NCBI GenBank assembly: GCA_965222605.1
Contig: OZ244960.1
Location: 4,864,001 to 4,928,000 of the forward strand
DNA: 64,000 bases
From: Candidatus Latescibacterota bacterium
Lineage (GTDB): Bacteria; Latescibacterota; UBA2968
Direction: 5' to 3'
This document shows, piece by piece, positions 1-7,388 of the stretch. The notes beneath the pieces were generated by a model that saw only the letters and a list, made by a program, of their open reading frames with translations, was not told where the DNA came from and did not search any database. Position 1 is the stretch's first letter. Every line of letters begins with the position of its first letter. The position numbers and the translations under genes were made by a program.

Positions 1-1224
1 GACATCCGATCTGCTGACGGAAGCGAGCAGTTGCTTAGTGTGTCACAATACACCGGGGTCACGCAGCGTAAGCGAGTAGATGGTGGAGATAACCCTGACA
101 CTCGAGCAGAATCATTGATCGGCTACAAGTGTGTCGAACACAATGACCTTGTAGTGAATATCATGCTCGCCTGGAATGGTAGCATGGGCGTTTCACAATT
201 CCGTGGTATTGCGAGTCCTGCTTACTGTGTCTACCGATTTTTGGCTGGTGTAAATCCATGGTTCTTTCACTATCTACTTCGTTCGCCGATTTACAAGGCA
301 TATATCAAAACGGCATCCACTGGTGTAGTGGATAGTAGGCTTCGTTTGTACACTGATGATCTCTATTGTCTTTATGCTTTTGTCCCTCCCCTCGCTGAAC
401 AAACCGCCATCGTCCGTTATCTCGACCAAGCCGATGAACGCATTCGTCGCTACGTCAGCAGCAGGGAGCGGCTTATCGAACTGTTGGAGGAATATCGGCA
501 GGCGGTCATCCACCACGCAGTCACGCGCGGCCTTGCTCCCGATGTGCGCCTCAAGCCCTCGGGTGTGGAGTGGCTTGGTGATGTGCCAGCGCATTGGGAG
601 GTGAGGCGGCTACGCTACTTGGTGAAAGGAAAACTGACATACGGTGCCAATGCTGCGGCTGAATATACAGACCCCGATTGGCCTCGCTATTTGCGGATTA
701 CAGATTTTGATCAGGATGGAGTACTCAAAAGCAATACGTTTCGATCTCTACCTCCACAGGTAGCGAGAGATTACTTAGTTCAACCTGGAGATATTTTATT
801 GGCACGGAGTGGTGCCACAGTGGGAAAAGCATTCTTAGTTCCAGCAGATGCTGGCGAAGCATGTTATGCTGGCTATTTGATCCGTGTCCGTCCTCATCGG
901 TCACTAATCGAACCGCACTTTCTATTCGCTTTCACTCAAAGCACAGGCTTTACTCATTGGAAGAACTCGGCATTTATTTTATCCACAATTCAGAATATCA
1001 GTGCCGAGAAGTATGCTAATTTGCACGTTCCGTGTCCGCCGTTATCGGAACAGTTACAGATTATTCGCTATCTCGACAAGGCGACTGCTGATATTGACGC
1101 CACTATTGACCGCGCCCGGCGAGAAATTGGGTTGCTGGGCGAATACCGCACGCGGCTGATTGCCGATGTGGTTACGGGCAAAGTAGATGTGCGCGAGGCA
1201 GCGGCAGAGTTGTCCGCTGTTTAA
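1..1224 (+). CDS. hsdS: Type I restriction-modification specificity subunit S (5'-truncated by window edge)
   Basis: Frame is open from base 1. Two TRDs are each followed by a conserved PPLxEQxxIxxYLD helix; central GL...LKPSGVEWLGDVPAHWEV; C-terminal EYRTRLIADVVTGKVDVR. Confidence 0.95.
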   Translation, partial: DIRSADGSEQLLSVSQYTGVTQRKRVDGGDNPDTRAESLIGYKCVEHNDLVVNIMLAWNGSMGVSQFRGIASPAYCVYRFLAGVNPWFFHYLLRSPIYKAYIKTASTGVVDSRLRLYTDDLYCLYAFVPPLAEQTAIVRYLDQADERIRRYVSSRERLIELLEEYRQAVIHHAVTRGLAPDVRLKPSGVEWLGDVPAHWEVRRLRYLVKGKLTYGANAAAEYTDPDWPRYLRITDFDQDGVLKSNTFRSLPPQVARDYLVQPGDILLARSGATVGKAFLVPADAGEACYAGYLIRVRPHRSLIEPHFLFAFTQSTGFTHWKNSAFILSTIQNISAEKYANLHVPCPPLSEQLQIIRYLDKATADIDATIDRARREIGLLGEYRTRLIADVVTGKVDVREAAAELSAV

Positions 1225-1859
1225 TGGATAGAAATAGAGGTTATATGGACAATCGAGCAGTTCTTAAGATGACGCCCGGACGCGCCGCGCTGGTGGGGCT
1301 GATGAATTGCTATCTTCGCGGCTTAATGGATCCATTCGTGACGCTGCTGGAAGTGCATAAGCTCATGTATTTTATGCAGGCTGCAGGCGAGCCGTTGAAA
1401 CTGCAATTCGCCAAAGGCACTTATGGCCCTTATGCTGAGAACCTGCGGCATGTGTTGAACGCTGTTGATGGGTATCTGGTATCCGGATATGCCGATGGCG
1501 GCGATGCCCCCGATAAGGAATTGGAATTGGTTCCGGGTGCGCTCGATGATGCCCATGCGTTTCTCGAAACCGCACCTGAAACGCAGGCGTGCTTTGAAAG
1601 GGTTTCCGCGCTTATTGAAGGGTTCGAGTCGTCGTTTGGTCTGGAATTGCTCTCTACGGTGCATTGGATCGCCAGCGAGGAGAAGATATTGGTCTTTGAC
1701 GACATCGTGAATTACGCTTACGCTTGGAACGAAAGAAAGAAACAGTTTTCGCGGCGTCAGATTAAGATCGCATTTGATATTTTGTTGGAGAAGGGATGGA
1801 TTGAGCATCCCGATGTGGGTGAGACAGCGCATCCGGGCAGGACATCTCACAAAAAATAA
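1224..1859 (+). CDS. DarG-like antitoxin C-terminal domain without macrodomain
   Basis: MTPGRAALVGLM..Y...LMDPFVTLLEVHKLMYFMQ.AGEPL.L.F.KG.YGPYAENLRHVL...GFES.FGLELLSTVHW resembles the C-terminal half of DarG proteins. Start overlaps the hsdS stop (TAATG). Confidence 0.75.
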   Translation: MDRNRGYMDNRAVLKMTPGRAALVGLMNCYLRGLMDPFVTLLEVHKLMYFMQAAGEPLKLQFAKGTYGPYAENLRHVLNAVDGYLVSGYADGGDAPDKELELVPGALDDAHAFLETAPETQACFERVSALIEGFESSFGLELLSTVHWIASEEKILVFDDIVNYAYAWNERKKQFSRRQIKIAFDILLEKGWIEHPDVGETAHPGRTSHKK

Positions 1860-2116
1860 GTAAAGAAAACGAGTCTGAAAAAGGATATTATAGAAAAGGA
1901 AAATATATAAATATTTGTTTTAAAAAGACTTGTTCTTTACTAAATTTTAGAATATTTTGAGATTTTAGTAAAGGATTTAGTAAAGAAGCGTTGTTTTTCA
2001 AACTCTTAATCGACTGTGGGCCTGAATCTTTTAACTTTGTTTGATGGTTGTTTGATGGAAAACCCGAAAAATGATTCGGCAAAGCAGGTTCAATTTTTTA
2101 ACTTATTGTTATACAA

Positions 2117-3502
2117 CAATGGTTCGGACAGTTTTAAGCGGCGATATTGCCATAATTGAGTAGATATTGATATTGAGACGATTTTTTTATGCAATTAAGG
2201 TCGAGATCAAACATTGAAAAAATCTTTTCGAGGAAAAATGTGTTGAAATAACAGGCTTTAATGCTTGCCATAGAAAAAGGGTTTGGCAGGGTATCGCAAT
2301 CGGCTTTTATGTGCTCTACTTTGGCTAAATTGAGAGTTGAAAGAGATGCATTGAAATGGAAATCAAGGCGTTTCTTATCTCTTGTCTGAGCGTTGGACAA
2401 GCCTGTAAACTGTTTGGCATCTCGAAAAATAAATTCAATCTGGAAACGCGCTTTGTAATACGTGAGGATTGTTTTTGCATCCAAGTTCTTATCGGTAGAA
2501 AACAAGAGGGCATAATTTTTCTTATCTTTGATCTTCTCAGTGACCAGGACGACGACTTTGACATTGCGTTTGAAGCATTGATGATTCAGCACCAAGCTGT
2601 AAAGCGCGATCCCATCTTGTGTGTGATGATAGGTAAAGCGCGATAAGTCTTGCCAGTCGACTTTTCCATCGTAAGTCTTTTGGTTGCCACTGCCTTTCTC
2701 ACGCTTGGGGCCTGTGTAAAGATAACGCATGTTGGCATCGCATCGCAGTTTGCCGATTTGGTGTAGCTTGAGGTTGGCGACGCCATCAATGAATTTCTTC
2801 TTGCTAAAATAGCCATCCACCGCGAGATATGTTTCATCGGCTTCGAGGCAAGGGTGGACCTCTCGCAGGTGCGCTAAATACTGGTCTATTCGGGTTTCAT
2901 CCTCTGTTTGGGCGTTCTTATTCGTCTTTGTGGCAGTGGTTTTTTTCTGCTTCGCGGTGTCCGTTTTGGGTACGGTTTGACAAACCGATAGGGTAAAGCC
3001 TGTGTTTTTGTCCACATCCACAAGCGCAACCCCCAAGATTTCTAAGCCCTTTTCTCGACGCGACTGGCAGCCATTCCAAAAGTGATCCAGGCCATAGGTC
3101 TTTTTGCCAGCCTTGGGCACAAAGGACGCATCTAAGACCAGAATACGCCCATGTGCTTGGTCTTGGTCTCTGCTTTCATTGATGATGGCACGGTTGAAAT
3201 CCATAAATCGAAAGGGCTTGTCAAACTGACGGGTGTATGTGCGTTCGCAAAGGTGAGAATACCGTGACAGGTTGCGAAAATTGATTTTGCCTCGTGCAAT
3301 CAGTATGGTAGTAAATAGGGTCATGAGAAACTTTTTTTGGGGCTTGGAAATGTTGAGCCGATTGAGTATCTTTTTTGCGATTGCCATTGTGCCGTCTCAC
3401 TCGTTTGGGTTGTCAGTGATCTGGAATATCTTTGACATCCAATCTGCGTGAACGGCACTTTTTTGTCTATTCTTTTTTTACTCAAAACTGTCCGAAGTAT
3501 TG
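2117..3502 (-). mobile_element. Complete insertion sequence, DDE type (IS4/IS701-like)
   Basis: TIRs CAATGGTTCGGACAGTTTT (2117-2135) and AAAACTGTCCGAAGTATTG (3484-3502) match at 17/19. 6-bp TSD ATACAA at 2111-2116 and 3503-3508. Confidence 0.93.
2134..3387 (-). CDS. DDE transposase
   Basis: LVLDASF, LAVDGYF and YYKARFQIEFIFRDAKQFTGL (Y-x2-R-x3-E-x6-K signature). Confidence 0.93.
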   Translation of the reverse strand: MAIAKKILNRLNISKPQKKFLMTLFTTILIARGKINFRNLSRYSHLCERTYTRQFDKPFRFMDFNRAIINESRDQDQAHGRILVLDASFVPKAGKKTYGLDHFWNGCQSRREKGLEILGVALVDVDKNTGFTLSVCQTVPKTDTAKQKKTTATKTNKNAQTEDETRIDQYLAHLREVHPCLEADETYLAVDGYFSKKKFIDGVANLKLHQIGKLRCDANMRYLYTGPKREKGSGNQKTYDGKVDWQDLSRFTYHHTQDGIALYSLVLNHQCFKRNVKVVVLVTEKIKDKKNYALLFSTDKNLDAKTILTYYKARFQIEFIFRDAKQFTGLSNAQTRDKKRLDFHFNASLSTLNLAKVEHIKADCDTLPNPFSMASIKACYFNTFFLEKIFSMFDLDLNCIKKSSQYQYLLNYGNIAA

Positions 3503-3598
3503 ATACAACTGTTTACTGTTTTGTAATTTGTTTGATGGTTGTTTGATGGAAAGCCAAATGACCATTGACACCACCGAGCGCGGTGCGGAGGTTTTGAC

Positions 3599-5077
3599 AT
3601 GAACGGTCAACGTTCCCCCGAGTACCTGGAAGGTCTTCTCCGAGAGCTATGTGCTTTGCCGCACGAGACCGAGTGGTTAGAATTTAAGGAAGGCGACACC
3701 GACCCACAGGAGATCGGCGAGTATCTTTCTGCCCTTGCCAACTCGGCTGCACTTGTGGGCAAAGCCGCGGCTTATCTGGTGTGGGGTGTGCGCGATCAAG
3801 ACCACGCAGTCGTGGGGAGCAACTTCGATCCCAGGTCCGCCAGGAAGGGAAATGAGGAACTGGAAAATTGGCTGTTGCGTTTGCTTGAACCGAAGATTGA
3901 TTTTCATTTTTTTCCCTTGAGTACCGAGAAGGGGTCAGTCATTCTGACGGAAATTAACCGGGCTACGCGGCATCCGGTGCGCTTTGCTGGTCAGGAATAC
4001 ATCCGCGTGGGCAGCTATAAGAAAAAACTCAAGGATCATCCCGAAAAAGAACGGGCACTGTGGCGCATTTTTGACCAGACGCCATTCGAGGAAGGCGTAG
4101 CACTTGAACGGGCAACGGGCGACGATGTTGTTCGCCTGCTGGATTGTCAGGCATATTTCGACCTGCTGGAACTGCCACAGCCGAGGACCCAGCGCGGCCT
4201 TCTTGAGGTACTGGCAAGCGACGAATTGATCCGGCCTTCGGTCGCAGGTGGATGGGACATCACCAATCTCGGGGCGATACTCTTTGCCAAAGATCTCGAC
4301 GATTTTCGAACCTTGCGTCGAAAGGCCGTGCGTGTCATTCATTACAAGGGCAGTGGCCGGTTGGAGACCTTGAAGGAACGCGAAGTGCCCAAGGGCTATG
4401 CCTGTGGATTTGAAGGGCTGAACGAATACATCCACGCGTTATTACCGGAGAACGAGGTTATTGAACAGGCTCTACGTCGAACAGTAGCGACATTCCCAAT
4501 CGTAGCCGTGCGCGAACTGGTCGCCAACGCACTCATCCATCAGGATTTTTCGATTACTGGCGCAGGGCCAATGGTAGAAATATTCGATCGACATCTGGAG
4601 ATTACCAACCCCGGCGTGCCCCTCGTTGATATCGACCGATTGGTGGATGCGGCACCGAAATCGCGCAATGATAAACTGGCATCGCTCATGCGGCGCTTCA
4701 ACTTGTGTGAGGAGCGCGGCAGCGGCATCGACAAGGTGGTATTCCAAGTTGAGTTGTTCCAACTTCCTGCGCCGTTGTTCGAGACACCAGGAGACGCTAC
4801 CCGTGCCACGCTTTTTGCGCCTAAGGCACTGAGAGACATGGGGCGGCAGGAACGGATTCGCGCCTGTTATTTTCACGCCTGTCTGAATTATGTGATGAAC
4901 AAACCTGTCACCAACACCTCAATTCGCAGGCGATTTGGCATCCCGGACCACAATGCTTCGACAGCCTCACGGCTACTGAGTGAAGCCGTCGAAGCGGGTT
5001 TCATCGCCGTTGAGGAGGTCAACAGCGGCACCAGGAATCGCCGCTATGTGCCCTTCTGGGCTGCCCAGGCAGATTGA
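3599..5077 (+). CDS. AlbA_2 (Schlafen-like) + HATPase_c_4 + wHTH protein
   Basis: HETEWLEFKE...LSALAN...LVWGV; RELVANALIHQD...EITNPG...SRN..LA.LMRRFNLCEERGSG; C-terminal HTH. Confidence 0.85.
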   Translation: MNGQRSPEYLEGLLRELCALPHETEWLEFKEGDTDPQEIGEYLSALANSAALVGKAAAYLVWGVRDQDHAVVGSNFDPRSARKGNEELENWLLRLLEPKIDFHFFPLSTEKGSVILTEINRATRHPVRFAGQEYIRVGSYKKKLKDHPEKERALWRIFDQTPFEEGVALERATGDDVVRLLDCQAYFDLLELPQPRTQRGLLEVLASDELIRPSVAGGWDITNLGAILFAKDLDDFRTLRRKAVRVIHYKGSGRLETLKEREVPKGYACGFEGLNEYIHALLPENEVIEQALRRTVATFPIVAVRELVANALIHQDFSITGAGPMVEIFDRHLEITNPGVPLVDIDRLVDAAPKSRNDKLASLMRRFNLCEERGSGIDKVVFQVELFQLPAPLFETPGDATRATLFAPKALRDMGRQERIRACYFHACLNYVMNKPVTNTSIRRRFGIPDHNASTASRLLSEAVEAGFIAVEEVNSGTRNRRYVPFWAAQAD

Positions 5078-5083
5078 CGGCCA

Positions 5084-5259
5084 TTTGTTTGATGGTTGTT
5101 TGACGGTTGCTTGATGGTTGTTTGATAGAAAACCCGAAAAATGACTCAGTAGAGCAGATTCGATTTTTTAAATTATTGTTATTAAAATACTTACTGTTTT
5201 GTAATTTGCTTGATGGTTGTTTGATAGAAACCAAATGATCATCGACATTACCGAGCGCG
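5084..5259 (+). repeat. Spacer element A, copy 2 (intact)
   Basis: About four TTTGATGGTTG-like 11-mers, core TAAATTATTGTTATTAAAATACTTA (5169-5193), two more 11-mers, ending CCGAGCGCG. Confidence 0.9.
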
Positions 5260-5427
5260 TTTGATGTCTATTGCAGAGCGTCCCGATATTGGATATACTC
5301 TCACAGACTGGAATAGGCCCTGATGAGGCCACGCGAAATAATTTGGGGTGGAGGTCTTTGAAGAGGCTATGGAAGAATTGGGTGATGTGAAGATTGTGGT
5401 AGAGGACAACAATAAAGGTTGAAACCC

Positions 5428-6591
5428 ATGAGTAGCCGACGCTTGCAAATAACATTGCAGCCTGCTGTGTTGAGGTGGGCGCGGGAGCGGGCGCGCATTG
5501 ATGCTGAGCAATTGGCGGACAAGATGCAGGTGAAGCCGGAGCGCGTGTTGGATTGGGAGCGCGATGGCAAGATCAGTATAGCCCAGGCAGACAGACTTGC
5601 TCAACGCACGCATACCGCTCTGGGCTTACTATACTTGACAGAGCCGCCCAAAGACCTTTTGCCAATACCCGATTTTCGCGCCCGTGGCAATGAGCAGCAA
5701 CCGAGTGTCAATCTCCTCGAGACTATTTATCTTATGCAGCGTCGTCAAGCCTGGATGCGCGAGGAGTTGATCGGGGAAGGTGCCAGGCCGCTGAATTTTA
5801 TTGAGAGTTATGAGATAGATGGCGATCCCCTGCAAGTCGCCAGTGCGATGCGCGATGCACTCCAACTTGCTGACGATTGGGCAGCATCTGTATCTAACTG
5901 GTCTAATGCACTTGGGCATTTGCGGAGTAGAGCCGAGGATGCCGGTGTGCTGGTGGTTTTCAATGGCGTTGTGGGGAACAATACAAGCCGCAAACTCGAT
6001 CCAGATGAATTTCAGGGCTTTGCTCTCGTAGATGAGTATGCCCCGTTGGTCTTTGTGAACAATGCCGACTTCAAAGCAGCGCAGATGTTCACCCTGGCTC
6101 ACGAACTCGCACATCTTTTTGTGGGAAAGACCGGGGTATCCTGTTTTGAAGATCTCCAGTCCGCATCCAATGACACAGAGAAATTTTGTGATCAGGCAGC
6201 AGCGGAGTTTTTGGTGCCAGAGGCGGAGTTGCGTGATTTTTGGCCTACAGCTAAGCAGGCAAGCAATCCTTATGAGTCTGTTGCACGTCAATTCAAAGTG
6301 AGTTCTCTCGTAGCCGCACGCCGAGCGTGCGACCTCGGCTTGATTGACGCGGATGACTTTTTCGAATTTTATAAAAAATATATGGATAAGGAATGGTACA
6401 GTCAGCAAAGTCAAGCAAGTGGTGGAAATTTCTGGAATACTCAGAAATGGCGCATCGGCACCCGATTTGGCACTGCAATCTTTCGTGCGGTCAAGGAAGG
6501 CCGTCTGCTTTATCGCGAGGCGTACAATCTCACCGGTCTAAAGAGGGAGACTTTTGAAAACATGCCAGAAAAGATGGGGATATCGGTGTGA
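5428..6591 (+). CDS. XRE-HTH + ImmA/IrrE (peptidase M78) protein
   Basis: N-terminal HTH (VLRWARER...LADKM...WE); FTLAHELAH HExxH motif; E..C...AAEFLVP. Confidence 0.9.
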   Translation: MSSRRLQITLQPAVLRWARERARIDAEQLADKMQVKPERVLDWERDGKISIAQADRLAQRTHTALGLLYLTEPPKDLLPIPDFRARGNEQQPSVNLLETIYLMQRRQAWMREELIGEGARPLNFIESYEIDGDPLQVASAMRDALQLADDWAASVSNWSNALGHLRSRAEDAGVLVVFNGVVGNNTSRKLDPDEFQGFALVDEYAPLVFVNNADFKAAQMFTLAHELAHLFVGKTGVSCFEDLQSASNDTEKFCDQAAAEFLVPEAELRDFWPTAKQASNPYESVARQFKVSSLVAARRACDLGLIDADDFFEFYKKYMDKEWYSQQSQASGGNFWNTQKWRIGTRFGTAIFRAVKEGRLLYREAYNLTGLKRETFENMPEKMGISV

Positions 6592-7109
6592 TAAATCAGG
6601 CTCCATCCTTGTTCGTGCTGGATACAAATGTTTTTATAGAGGCGCATCGTCGCTATTACGCGCAAGACCTATGCCCGGGATTCTGGGATTGTCTGACGTA
6701 TTATTGTGGCGAGGGGCGGGTGTTAAGCATTGATCGCGTTCGTGCCGAAATACTCAGTAGTCCAGATCAACTATCTCAGTGGATCAACCAAGCACCGAGC
6801 AATCTATTTGTCTCATCAGCGGAACCATCAGTTGTAAATACTTTTACGAACATGATGAACTGGGTACAGGGGAATAATCAGTTTCTGCCTGCAGCAAAAA
6901 TGGATTTCGCAAATGTAGCTGATGGGTGGCTCGCGGCCTACGCGAGGGTTCACAACGCGGTTGTGGTTACTCAAGAGGTATATAGTCCAGGCGTGAGGAA
7001 AAGGGTACCCCTGCCAAATGTATGTAGGCAGTTTGATGTTGATTATCGAGACACTTTTGCGATGTTGCGCGAACTTGAGGTCAGTTTTGACTGGAGACGT
7101 TCTCCATGA
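6588..7109 (+). CDS. DUF4411-like PIN-domain protein (putative toxin)
   Basis: LDTNVFIEA..YY....PGFW...ADGWL.AYA.....VVT.E...P.VC..F.V; GTGA overlap with the ImmA gene. Confidence 0.8.
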   Translation: MINQAPSLFVLDTNVFIEAHRRYYAQDLCPGFWDCLTYYCGEGRVLSIDRVRAEILSSPDQLSQWINQAPSNLFVSSAEPSVVNTFTNMMNWVQGNNQFLPAAKMDFANVADGWLAAYARVHNAVVVTQEVYSPGVRKRVPLPNVCRQFDVDYRDTFAMLRELEVSFDWRRSP

Positions 7110-7134
7110 CCACTTTGACCTGAGTTGCCATCCA

Positions 7135-7326
7135 GTACTTGATTGGTACTTGACTGGTACTTGACTGACGACCAACGATGCGAGGTCACATTTTCCATAA
7201 GTTATTGAATATACGACGGTTATTTTATTTGACTGGTACTTGACTGACGATCAGGGATATGAGATCGTATTTTTCATAAACTGTTGAATATACGACGGTT
7301 ATTTTTCTTGACTGGTACTTGACTGA
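7135..7326 (+). repeat. Spacer element B: 79-bp tandem duplication with TTGACTGGTAC 11-mers
   Basis: TTGACTGGTACTTGACTGA starts at 7150, 7229 and 7308 (period 79). Cores TAAGTTATTGAATATACGACGGTTA (7198-7222) and TAAACTGTTGAATATACGACGGTTA (7277-7301). Confidence 0.9.
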
Positions 7327-7388
7327 AACCCCATTTCGAACGATATATTTTCGTACTCGAAAAGCAATCCGAAGTGAGAGAGTAAGGT

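Larger units (their letters stand above)
2036..3582 (+). repeat. Spacer element A, copy 1 (~160 bp, split by the IS into 2036-2116 and 3509-3582)
   Basis: (TTTGATGGTTG)n-GAAAACCCGAAAAATGA...TAACTTATTGTTATACAACTGTTTA...(TTTGATGGTTG)n-...CCGAGCGCG; collinear with the copy at 5084-5259. Confidence 0.9.

Noticed and set aside
5345-5422. Protein-like fragment VEVFEEAMEELGDVKIVVEDNNKG* upstream of the ImmA gene
   Set aside because: Too short to assign; possibly the 3' remnant of a deleted gene.
7135-7326. Possible mini-CRISPR array (79-bp period)
   Set aside because: The intervening segments are homologous to each other rather than unique spacers; only about 2.3 units; no cas genes.
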